DNA from: Xanthobacteraceae bacterium
Lineage (GTDB): Bacteria > Pseudomonadota > Alphaproteobacteria > Rhizobiales > Xanthobacteraceae
Assembly: GCA_036498625.1 (NCBI GenBank)
Contig: DASYFD010000162.1
Coordinates: forward strand, 140-64,139
Direction of reading: 5' to 3'
Length of the DNA: 64,000 nt
Below, one piece after another: positions 26,625-34,350 of the stretch (position 1 is its first letter; every line of letters starts with the position of its first letter). Both the position numbers and the translations under genes were made by a program. The notes under the pieces were generated by a model. The model was given only the letters and a program-made list of their open reading frames with translations, ran no database searches and had not been told where the DNA came from.

Positions 26625-27452
26625 ATGAGTTCGGTTCCCACCACGGCCCCGGTGTTCCAAAGCCTCGGGCGGCGCAGCGCCTATCTGGACGTGGCGGACC
26701 GCATCCGCGCGACCATCTTCAAGGACAAGCTGGCGCTGTTCCAGCGCATGCCCTCCGAGCGCGATCTCGCGGCCCAGTTCGGGGTCAGCCGCGTGGTGAT
26801 CCGCGAGGCGATTCGCACGCTTGAGACCAGCGGCCTGGTGACCGTCAAGAAGGGCCCCAAGGGCGGCATCTTCGTCACCCAGGATTATGAGCGGCCGATC
26901 GTCGACACCATCACCAACCTGCTGGCTGGCGGCGAGGCTACGCTCGACGACCTGTTCGAGATGCGGCTCCTGATCGAACCCTATGCGGCGGCGCGGGTGG
27001 CCGAGAGCGGCAGCGAGGCCGATTTCGCGATGCTGGAAGGCCGGATCGCGCAGGCCGAAGAGGAGCATGGCGCCGACCGCAGCGTGCGCCACGCCTATAT
27101 CGATTTCCATCGCCAGATCATCCGGCTGGCCCACAATCCGCTGCTCGCCATCGTGGGCGAGACGGTTCTGCTGGTACTGTACGACCGCGTAAAAGCCGTA
27201 TTGAGCGCGGAAACCACCGAGGTCGGGTTGATCATGCACCGGCAGCTGGTCAATGCCTGCCGCAACCGCCAGCCCGCGGAGGCGCGGGCCATCATGGCGC
27301 AGGACATTGAGATCCTCAGCCGCCGCTTCGCGGAATTTTCCGCCGGCCTCAAGCAACAGCGCAAGAGCGCGCGCCAAAAACCAAAAGCCGCCGGCGCAAC
27401 CGTCCAGCCGTCACGATCGCCGGCCCGCAACCTCAACCAACAACGCCCATAA
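26625..27452 (+). CDS. GntR-family transcriptional regulator (FadR/FCD subfamily)
   Basis: 275-aa ORF. MPSERDLAAQFGVSRVVIREAIRTLETSGLV forms the winged HTH, with an FCD-like helical C-terminus. Confidence 0.88.
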   Translation: MSSVPTTAPVFQSLGRRSAYLDVADRIRATIFKDKLALFQRMPSERDLAAQFGVSRVVIREAIRTLETSGLVTVKKGPKGGIFVTQDYERPIVDTITNLLAGGEATLDDLFEMRLLIEPYAAARVAESGSEADFAMLEGRIAQAEEEHGADRSVRHAYIDFHRQIIRLAHNPLLAIVGETVLLVLYDRVKAVLSAETTEVGLIMHRQLVNACRNRQPAEARAIMAQDIEILSRRFAEFSAGLKQQRKSARQKPKAAGATVQPSRSPARNLNQQRP

Positions 27453-27475
27453 GGAACGCCAACAAGGAGGCCCAG

Positions 27476-27676
27476 ATGGTCAAGCATTTCGATCCCAGTT
27501 GCCCCAAGTGCGACAAGAAATTCCACGTCCATCACGAAGACCTGCGCTACGCCGGCATCAAGCTGTTGTGCCCGTATTGCCAGAACGAGTTCTTCGTCGA
27601 GGAGTGTACCAACTTGATCGAGCACGACGGCACGCTCACGCATCCCAACCAGAAGGCCGATACGCACTCGCACTGA
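27476..27676 (+). CDS. small zinc-ribbon protein (66 aa, CPKC...CPYC)
   Basis: Strong SD (AAGGAGG) 6 nt upstream. Host-like GC3 codon usage. Two CxxC pairs. Confidence 0.65.
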   Translation: MVKHFDPSCPKCDKKFHVHHEDLRYAGIKLLCPYCQNEFFVEECTNLIEHDGTLTHPNQKADTHSH

Positions 27677-27693
27677 TTCCATTTTCGATGGGT

Positions 27694-27811
27694 GTCATCG
27701 CCGGGCATAGCCCGCGCAGACGGGCGTAAACGCCCTTATGTCCCGGCGACCTCGATAAGGAGGGCACCGTGCGACCCTTATCGAGATGGCCGGAACAAGT
27801 CCGGCCATGAC
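27694..27811. repeat. 118-bp MITE/REP-like element with nested hairpins and GTCATSGCCGG terminal inverted repeats
   Basis: Near-identical to 49449-49565 in inverted orientation. Separates the Zn-ribbon gene from the UbiD-family gene. Confidence 0.8.
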
Positions 27812-27891
27812 ACGAGAGGACGGTGCACACCTTTCCCCGATTAACCGGCGCCACGGCGCCCCGACGGCAGCCACACTTTCAGAGGTCAACC

Positions 27892-29352
27892 ATGAACGTC
27901 CAGGTCAAGCCCACCATCCCGCTCAACACCGGCAAGCCGAGCGAGCTGCGCGATTACATCGCCATGATCGAGCGCGATCATCCCAAGGAGATTCTCCGCA
28001 TCTCCGACGAGATCGATCCGGCCAAGTTCGAGGCGACCGCCATCCTCGCCAATCTCGAGGAGAAGGGCATCAACCCGATGGTGCTGTTCGAGCGGCCGAT
28101 CAACCAGTTCGGCAAGGTCTCGCCGTTCCCGCTGATCACCAACATCTATTCGTCGCGCCGCCGCGACGCGCTCGCGCTCGGCCTGCAGGCCAACCAGGAC
28201 CGCATCGATCTCAGCCTGGAATATTCCCGCCGCGAGGCGCGCCGGGTGCCGCCGGTGCGGATCGCGAGCGCCGACGCGCCGGTCAAGCAGGTCGTCAAGG
28301 TCGGCGACCAGGTCGATCTGCGCGAGCTGCCGATCGTGCGCCATCACCGCATGGATCCGGCGCCCTATATCGACATGGCGCCGATCATGCGCGATCCCGA
28401 GATGGGCCACTACAACATTGCGTTCCTGCGCATGATGTACAAAGGCCCGCGCAAGCTCGGCATCCACATGTCGCCGCGCCATAACTGGCAGATGTGCCGC
28501 AAGAACGAGCTCAAGAACCAGCCGACCCCGACCGCCATCATCGTCAGCCATCACCCGGCGTTCTTCTTAGGGTCGCTCAACGTGGCGCCGTTCGGCACCG
28601 ACGATTACGAGGTGCTGGGCGCCATGATGAACGAGCCGATCCGGCTGGTGCCGTCGCAGACCTGGGGCGAGGACTTCATGGTGCCGGCCGACGCCGAGAT
28701 GATCATCGAGGGCGAGATTCCCCCCAATGTGCGCGAGGTCGAAGGGCCGTTTGGCGAGTTCCCGGGCACCTACGGGCCGCAGCGGCTGCGCTGGATTATC
28801 GACGTCAAGGCGATGACCCACCGCAAGAACGCCATCTACCAGGACATCTTCGTCGGCCATGCCGACGACTGGGTGATGGGCGCGATCCCGAAGGAAGGCG
28901 CGCTCTACAACCGCATCAAGGGCGTGGTGCCGGGCGTCAAGGCGGTGCACCTGCCCAATTCCGGCGTCGGCCGCTTCAACTGCTACATCTCGATCGACAA
29001 GCGGGTGGACGGCGAGAGCAAGCAGGCCGCCTTCATCGCGCTCGGCGAGGTCGATTTCGTCAAGAACGTGATCGTGGTCGATGGCGACATCGATCCTTAC
29101 AACGAGCAGGAGGTCATGTATGCGGTCGCGACCCGCACCCAGGCCAACGAGGATGTCGACATCATCAAGAATTCCAAGGGCAACACGCTCGATCCCTCGC
29201 AGACCGACGACATCATGACGGCCAAGATGATCATCGACGCGACGCGGCCGATGCGCCGCCCGTTCTCCACGCGGCTTGACGTGCCGGCCGAGGTGCGGGC
29301 GCGGTTCCCGATCGAGAAGTATTTCAATAGGGTCGCTGCGGAGCCCAAATAG
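27892..29352 (+). CDS. UbiD-family (prenyl-FMN-dependent) decarboxylase
   Basis: Start chosen at MNVQVKPTIP (SD AGAGG). The EGPFGEFPGTYG motif and UbiD-like length (486 aa) support the call. Confidence 0.9.
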   Translation: MNVQVKPTIPLNTGKPSELRDYIAMIERDHPKEILRISDEIDPAKFEATAILANLEEKGINPMVLFERPINQFGKVSPFPLITNIYSSRRRDALALGLQANQDRIDLSLEYSRREARRVPPVRIASADAPVKQVVKVGDQVDLRELPIVRHHRMDPAPYIDMAPIMRDPEMGHYNIAFLRMMYKGPRKLGIHMSPRHNWQMCRKNELKNQPTPTAIIVSHHPAFFLGSLNVAPFGTDDYEVLGAMMNEPIRLVPSQTWGEDFMVPADAEMIIEGEIPPNVREVEGPFGEFPGTYGPQRLRWIIDVKAMTHRKNAIYQDIFVGHADDWVMGAIPKEGALYNRIKGVVPGVKAVHLPNSGVGRFNCYISIDKRVDGESKQAAFIALGEVDFVKNVIVVDGDIDPYNEQEVMYAVATRTQANEDVDIIKNSKGNTLDPSQTDDIMTAKMIIDATRPMRRPFSTRLDVPAEVRARFPIEKYFNRVAAEPK

Positions 29353-29425
29353 GGGGGCGCAATAGCATTCGCGCTTATCGCGCTCCCCAGTTTGTCCCGG
29401 ATGCATGCGGCGCTGTCGCCCCGAT

Positions 29426-29450
29426 GGAACTTTCTCTCCATGGCGCCGTT
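29426..29450 (+). promoter_or_regulatory. EcfG-type general stress promoter motif GGAAC-N16-CGTT
   Basis: GGAAC at 29426-29430, a 16-nt spacer, then CGTT at 29447-29450, about 30 nt upstream of the 28-aa ORF. Confidence 0.55.
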
Positions 29451-29481
29451 GTCCTCCAGACATCAACATATGGAGGCGAAT

Positions 29482-29568
29482 ATGGGCTTCGGTAGAGGCG
29501 CACTGCTCTGGCTGATCGGCATTCCGCTGCCGATTATCATCCTCTTGGCTTTGTTCATGCATCATTAA
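29482..29568 (+). CDS. 28-aa hydrophobic peptide MGFGRGALLWLIGIPLPIIILLALFMHH
   Basis: Not in the ORF track (too short). It has a GGAGG SD 6 nt upstream, an EcfG-type promoter upstream, and a rho-independent terminator directly downstream. Confidence 0.55.
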   Translation: MGFGRGALLWLIGIPLPIIILLALFMHH

Positions 29569-29589
29569 GCGGGCGAGGCTTCCTGCTGC

Positions 29590-29622
29590 AAGGCCGGCCA
29601 TCCATTGGCCGGCCTTTTTGTT
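29590..29622 (+). terminator. rho-independent terminator
   Basis: GGCCGGCC-N7-GGCCGGCC stem followed by TTTTTGTT. Confidence 0.7.
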
Positions 29623-29747
29623 GGTGGAAAGTCCCCGGCGGCCCGAAACCGGCTTCCTCATTCAGACATTGCTTAAGTACATTCCGCGTGAATGTCAGGT
29701 GCATCACCGTCAAGCGTGCGCGGGGCGCGTTCGTTGCCGATGTCGCA

Positions 29748-29772
29748 GGAACAACACGCAGGCTCGATCATT
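29748..29772 (+). promoter_or_regulatory. weaker EcfG-like motif GGAAC-N16-CATT
   Basis: About 90 nt upstream of the PRC-barrel gene. The -10 element deviates from CGTT by one base. Confidence 0.3.
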
Positions 29773-29861
29773 GTCGAACCGTACAATGGCGCCGGCTCCC
29801 GGTTCAGGGTCCTCTCCGGTTCCGAACTGTGCAGACGTTCGGCAAAAAAATGGAGAATGCG

Positions 29862-30233
29862 ATGGCCACGATTGAGAAAGAGACAACTTCGCTCATCGGC
29901 AGCGACAAGGTGGAAGGAACGACCGTCTACGGAATGGACGGAAACAGCATCGGGACTATTCAGCGGATCATGATCGACAAGATCAGCGGGAAAGTCGCCT
30001 ATGCGGTCACCTCGTTCGGAGGATTTCTCGGCATGGGCGAGGACTACTATCCCTTGCCCTGGGCGCAACTGAAGTACGATACGGGCCTCGGTGGCTATCG
30101 CACCAACCTGACCGAGGCTCAGCTCAAGGGCGCCCCGAAATACGGTCGATCGACCGAATGGAACTGGTCCGATCGCGCGAACGATCGCAAGGTCTACGAT
30201 TATTACAAGGTTCCGCTCTGGTACGCCGATTGA
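29862..30233 (+). CDS. PRC-barrel domain protein
   Basis: Start chosen at MATIEKE (SD GGAGAA); an alternative ATG is at 29850. LIGSDKVEGTTVYGMDGNSIGTIQRIMIDKISGKVAYAV...YYPLPW is typical of PRC-barrel proteins. Confidence 0.85.
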   Translation: MATIEKETTSLIGSDKVEGTTVYGMDGNSIGTIQRIMIDKISGKVAYAVTSFGGFLGMGEDYYPLPWAQLKYDTGLGGYRTNLTEAQLKGAPKYGRSTEWNWSDRANDRKVYDYYKVPLWYAD

Positions 30234-30267
30234 GCATGCCAGCGCCCTCAAGGCGCTGCCGTGCAAG

Positions 30268-30306
30268 CAGCCCCGCCGTTTGCACGGCGGGGCTTTGCAT
30301 TTTGTC
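30268..30306 (+). terminator. rho-independent terminator
   Basis: CAGCCCCGCCGT-TTGC-ACGGCGGGGCTTTG stem followed by a T-rich tail. Confidence 0.65.
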
Positions 30307-30341
30307 AGCCCGCTGTGGCCCGTAAACGCCTCATATTGCGA

Positions 30342-30366
30342 GGAACCACTTCATCGGCCCGACATT
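30342..30366 (+). promoter_or_regulatory. weaker EcfG-like motif GGAAC-N16-CATT
   Basis: About 25 nt upstream of the 66-aa Zn-ribbon ORF start. Confidence 0.3.
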
Positions 30367-30390
30367 GACCCATAAAGAAGAGGTGACGTC

Positions 30391-30591
30391 ATGGGCGCCC
30401 CAGCTAGTGGATCTGAATTGGACTGTCCGAGGTGTGGCGCCGTGATGGACGAGAGGGGCCGGATCCGGTCCTTCGGCAACGACCCGGGTCTGCGGATATT
30501 TGAATGCCGGGCCTGCGGATTTGGAACTTCACGTCTCGACACGCGGCAATCGCGGCGTCCGGCGAGGAAGAAGTCTGGCGTCGCGCAATAG
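30391..30591 (+). CDS. small zinc-ribbon protein (66 aa, CPRC...CRAC) with a basic tail
   Basis: SD AGAGGTGA upstream and two CxxC pairs. Coding status is moderately supported. Confidence 0.5.
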   Translation: MGAPASGSELDCPRCGAVMDERGRIRSFGNDPGLRIFECRACGFGTSRLDTRQSRRPARKKSGVAQ

Positions 30592-30716
30592 CCCCCGCGG
30601 TGTTTGAGCTTTAGCGTTTCCGCACGATCGCGCGGATCAATACGTACACCTTTAGAAGAATCACGAGCAGTAGGTCAGATTCCATTTCGAATTGCGGCAT
30701 TATCGGGACTTTTCTC

Positions 30717-30741
30717 GGAACTAATTCGACTCAACCGCGTT
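30717..30741 (+). promoter_or_regulatory. EcfG-type general stress promoter motif GGAAC-N16-CGTT
   Basis: GGAAC at 30717-30721, a 16-nt spacer, then CGTT at 30738-30741, about 45 nt upstream of the ATG at 30787. Confidence 0.55.
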
Positions 30742-30786
30742 TATCGGCACACTCGCAACTCATCAGCGAACAGCCGGAGGAAATTC

Positions 30787-31647
30787 ATGGATACCGTGAT
30801 CACTGCCAAGCCATACTCGGTCGTCGACCTTCAAAGCTCCGGGGTCTCTTGGGCTTCAATTGCAGCCGGCGCCGTGACGGCGGCCGCGCTGACACTGCTG
30901 CTCGTCGCCTTCGGTGCAGGGATCGGCCTCTCGGCGGTGTCTCCGTGGTCCGACTCGGGTGTCTCCGGCTCGAGCTTTGAGATGGGGACTGGCATCTATC
31001 TCGTGATCGTCGGCGTGATGGCGTCCGCTGTGGGCGGATATCTGGCGGCCAGGCTGCGGACGAAGTGGACCGGCATTCACACGCACGAGGCTTTCTTCCG
31101 CGACACCGCCCACGGCCTGCTGGCATGGGCCTTCGCCACGGTCATCAGCGCGGCCCTTCTGGGCGGTGCGACATCCCACCTGGTCGGCGGCGCCGCTGGT
31201 GGCTTGGTGGCGGCAGCTCCGCAAGCGGCGCAAAATGCCTCTCCCACGGACCTTGCCACCGACAAGCTCTTTCGGTCGGACACTCCCGCGCCCGCAGCAA
31301 CCGCCGGCGCTGGAACGGACCCGGCCCGCTCGGAGGTTTCCCGAATCCTCGTTGCCAGCTTTCGCGGCAACAGGGACGTGAGCGCGGCCGATCGCGGCTA
31401 CCTTGCCCGTCTGGTTGCCGCGCGCACCGGACTTTCCCAGGCCGACGCCGAAAAGCGCGTCAACGACGTAATTGCCGAGACCAAGCAGGCGATCGACGAT
31501 GCGCGCCGGGCTGCCGCCAGCTTTGCGCTGTGGATGGCCGCCGCCATGTTGTTTGGAGCCTTTGCGGCGAGCCTGGCGGCCGTCGAAGGCGGCCAGCTGC
31601 GGGACGGTGTGTGGAACGAGAAGCATTTGGTTCCGCGGACGAGTTGA
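30787..31647 (+). CDS. membrane protein of unknown function (multiple TM helices, Ala/Gly-rich)
   Basis: ORF 30604..31647. Start chosen at MDTVITAKPY (SD GGAGG). Hydrophobic segments at both ends flank a soluble central part. Confidence 0.7.
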   Translation: MDTVITAKPYSVVDLQSSGVSWASIAAGAVTAAALTLLLVAFGAGIGLSAVSPWSDSGVSGSSFEMGTGIYLVIVGVMASAVGGYLAARLRTKWTGIHTHEAFFRDTAHGLLAWAFATVISAALLGGATSHLVGGAAGGLVAAAPQAAQNASPTDLATDKLFRSDTPAPAATAGAGTDPARSEVSRILVASFRGNRDVSAADRGYLARLVAARTGLSQADAEKRVNDVIAETKQAIDDARRAAASFALWMAAAMLFGAFAASLAAVEGGQLRDGVWNEKHLVPRTS

Positions 31648-31679
31648 GCTAGCGCCCGCGCCCCGAGCTACCCTTCGGG

Positions 31680-31716
31680 GAGACCGCCCACGCCGAGAAA
31701 GGCCGTGGGCGGTCTC
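31680..31716 (+). terminator. 13-bp perfect stem-loop (GAGACCGCCCACG ... CGTGGGCGGTCTC), no T-run
   Basis: Seen directly, 33 nt after the stop codon of the membrane protein gene. Confidence 0.45.
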
Positions 31717-31877
31717 GCCAATTGAAAGCCCCTGTTCTGGATCATTGTCGAAAAGTTCGCGGCTGCGGCTGGCTAGCGGCATCGAGACGTCAGGGAATCC
31801 CAGCTTTTTCCCGCACCTGCGCTATTTGCGGGAACTGGCGTTACGCGACGGATAAGCGCAGCCCCGCGTGAGGACGT

Positions 31878-31902
31878 GGAACTCAACGCGGTGCGCAGTG
31901 TT
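31878..31902 (+). promoter_or_regulatory. EcfG-like motif GGAAC-N16-TGTT
   Basis: About 115 nt upstream of the CsbD/DUF883 gene. The -10 GTT core is conserved. Confidence 0.4.
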
Positions 31903-32016
31903 ATCAGGCCACATCGAACCAGCATCAAAGGAATAGATGTCGCGCGGGTTGCCGCCGGGGCTGCACCGCCGCCGGCAGAGGTATCCCGTTCGGCTCCAAC
32001 CAGGGAGAACTGACAC

Positions 32017-32322
32017 ATGGATGAAAACCGAATGGCCGGATTCGCCAAGAACGTAGGCGGAAAGGCAGAGGAAGGCTTTGGCCGCGCCACCGGCGACGTC
32101 AAGTCGCAGGTGCAGGGTCAGATAAAGCAAGCCGCGGGTGCCGCTCAGGATTTGTACGGTCAGGCGAAAGATTCCGCGAGCGATGCTGTCGACGCCGTTC
32201 GTGAGATGTCGGGTTCCGCGCAGGATTCGATCCGCGACTACATCGAGAACAATCCCTATACGGCCGCGGCCATAGCGCTCGGTCTCGGATGGCTGATCGG
32301 AAGATCCCACCGTCCGTTCTAG
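32017..32322 (+). CDS. CsbD-like / DUF883 (ElaB-like) membrane-anchored stress protein
   Basis: 101-aa ORF. KNVGGKAEEGFGRATGD...GQIKQAAG is CsbD-like. The C-terminal NPYTAAAIALGLGWLIGR is an anchor of the ElaB/YqjD type. Confidence 0.85.
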   Translation: MDENRMAGFAKNVGGKAEEGFGRATGDVKSQVQGQIKQAAGAAQDLYGQAKDSASDAVDAVREMSGSAQDSIRDYIENNPYTAAAIALGLGWLIGRSHRPF

Positions 32323-32388
32323 GACCCCTCGACCCGGAAGCTTCCATTCCTCGTTCAGTCCCCGGCGCCAGGCCGGGAGTTAGGAAAC

Positions 32389-32886
32389 ATGATGACCAAA
32401 GAACCCAAGCACCTCTCCGACCTGTTCCACGATACCTTGAAGGACATCTATTTCGCGGAGAAGAAGATCCTCGCCGCCCTTCCGAAGATGGAAAAGGCTG
32501 CGCAGTCCCCCGATCTCAAGAAGGCCTTCGAGAAGCACCACCGCGAGACCGAGGGTCAGATTGAGCGGCTCGAGAAGGTGTTCGATATCATCGAAGAGAA
32601 GGCTCAAGCCAAGACCTGCGACGCCATCATGGGCATCATGAAGGAGGGGCAGGAGATCATGGACGAGTACAAGGGTTCGCCCGCCCTCGATGCCGGCCTG
32701 CTGGCGGCGGCACAGGCGGTCGAGCACTATGAGATGTCTCGCTATGGCACGCTCAAGTGCTGGGCCGAGGAGCTTGGGCATGCCGATGCCGTGAAGCTGC
32801 TCGACGCCACCCTGCAAGAAGAGAAGAAGACCGACGCGGCCCTCACGGCTCTTGCAGAGTCCGTCGTCAATCTGGAAGCCGCCTGA
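32389..32886 (+). CDS. YciF/DUF892 ferritin-like stress protein
   Basis: 165-aa ORF. LKDIYFAEKKILAALPKM...EGQIERLE...AVEHYEMSRYGTL is typical of DUF892. Confidence 0.88.
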   Translation: MMTKEPKHLSDLFHDTLKDIYFAEKKILAALPKMEKAAQSPDLKKAFEKHHRETEGQIERLEKVFDIIEEKAQAKTCDAIMGIMKEGQEIMDEYKGSPALDAGLLAAAQAVEHYEMSRYGTLKCWAEELGHADAVKLLDATLQEEKKTDAALTALAESVVNLEAA

Positions 32887-32935
32887 GCACCTGCAGCCCC
32901 GGCTTATGCGTTCAGCCTGACTCCGAAATCACCAG

Positions 32936-32966
32936 GATCCCGCCTGCATGGCGGGATCTTTTTTTG
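32936..32966 (+). terminator. rho-independent terminator
   Basis: GATCCCGCC-TGCAT-GGCGGGATC stem followed by TTTTTTT. Confidence 0.8.
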
Positions 32967-33220
32967 TATTGAGTGGGCCCGTTTAAAGAGTTTCCCTCGT
33001 CAAAGAACTGCGCCCCTACAGTTGATCTGCCAACCTGCATCGCAAGTTTGGAATCCCGGTCGACCGGCAGGGTCGCGCGCGTGACTTGCGCTGTCTGCTT
33101 TAAGAGCAGCGCCTGCGGGCCTTGACGGGCTCCGCAATCGCTGCTTGTATAATGGCATTCATTCCCGTCGATTGAGCCGGCTTGTGCCGCTTCCGGGGAA
33201 TCGGATGTAGCCGACCAGAC

Positions 33221-34297
33221 ATGTCCCTGCAGAGCGATACCCGGGATTACGAGGCTTGGCTGCGCACGCAATGCGATGTCGTGGAAGCCGATCTGGCGTA
33301 CAAGCACAAGCGCATGGGAAAGAGCGCGTTCGTGTTCCTGCGGGCAACTTATTATCGCTGGGCGAGGAAGATCGAAGCGTGGTGTCCGCAGGTGAGCGGC
33401 GGACCTGAGGTCCTGGCGGTGGGCGATCTGCACACCGAGAATTTCGGGACCTGGCGCGACGGCGAAGGCCGGCTGGTCTGGGGGGTCAACGACTTCGACG
33501 AAGCGGCCGTCATGCCTTATCCGCTGGACCTGGTGCGCCTTGCCACCAGCGCGGTACTCGCACCCGACCGTCTGCTTTCACCGCGCGAGGCGGCGAGCGC
33601 CATCCTCGCCGGCTATCGCAAGGGTCTCGACAATCCGCGCCCGACGCTGCTGGACGAGCAGGAAATCTGGATGCGGCCGTTTGTGGCGTGCACCGACGAC
33701 GATCGCAGCAAGTTCTGGAAGGAAGTCGGCAAATACCCCACGGCCAAGCCGCCGAAAAAGGTCGCCTCCGGCCTGGAAGAGAGCCTTCCCGGCGGCGCCC
33801 GTGTGCTGCGCTTCTGCACCTGCGTGAAAGGCGGCGGCAGTCTCGGACGTCCGCGTTATGTCGCCGTCGCCGAATGGTGCGGAGGCCAGATCGTGCGCGA
33901 GGCCAAGGCGCTGGTGCCGTCCGCATGGGACTGGGCGCGCCTTCGTGCTACGGATCGGTCGCTGTTCGTCAAGCTCGCGACCGGTCGCTTCCGCTCCCCC
34001 GATCCTTTTCTCCATACCGACTCGCGCTTCATCTTCCGGCGCATTGCGGCCGACTCGCGCAAAGCCGACCTCGGGGACAAGGCCGGCGCCCACCTCGGCC
34101 GCGATCTGATGAGCGCGATGGGATTCGATCTCGCCGCAATTCATGCGGCCGATCGCGACAGCGCCAAGGCCATTGCCAAGGATTTGCAGCGGCGCCCGGC
34201 CGATTGGCTCAAGGCAGCGGCCGAGAGCGCGGCTGCTGCCGTGCAGCGGGAGTATGAGGCTTGGTGCGCGGGCGGCAAGCCGGCCACCCGCGACTGA
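33221..34297 (+). CDS. DUF2252 domain protein
   Basis: ORF 33182..34297. Start chosen at MSLQSDTRDYEAWL. FVFLRATYYRW...VGDLHTENFGTW...WGVNDFDEA are DUF2252 hallmarks. Confidence 0.8.
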   Translation: MSLQSDTRDYEAWLRTQCDVVEADLAYKHKRMGKSAFVFLRATYYRWARKIEAWCPQVSGGPEVLAVGDLHTENFGTWRDGEGRLVWGVNDFDEAAVMPYPLDLVRLATSAVLAPDRLLSPREAASAILAGYRKGLDNPRPTLLDEQEIWMRPFVACTDDDRSKFWKEVGKYPTAKPPKKVASGLEESLPGGARVLRFCTCVKGGGSLGRPRYVAVAEWCGGQIVREAKALVPSAWDWARLRATDRSLFVKLATGRFRSPDPFLHTDSRFIFRRIAADSRKADLGDKAGAHLGRDLMSAMGFDLAAIHAADRDSAKAIAKDLQRRPADWLKAAAESAAAAVQREYEAWCAGGKPATRD

Positions 34298-34350
34298 AGG
34301 CGAAACAGCGATGTCGGTGGCCCGCGCGCGTCTGGAGCGGGCAGCGGGCG

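Noticed and set aside
31836-31850. GGAAC...CGTT at 31836-31848 and GGAAG-N11-CGTT at 32336-32355 as EcfG promoters
   Set aside because: The spacers (3 and 11 nt) are incompatible with the 16-17 nt spacing required.
33121-33155. TTGACG ... TATAAT upstream of the DUF2252 gene as a sigma70 promoter
   Set aside because: The spacer is 20 nt, too long for a canonical promoter. It may still function with a different -35, so it is not reported as a feature.
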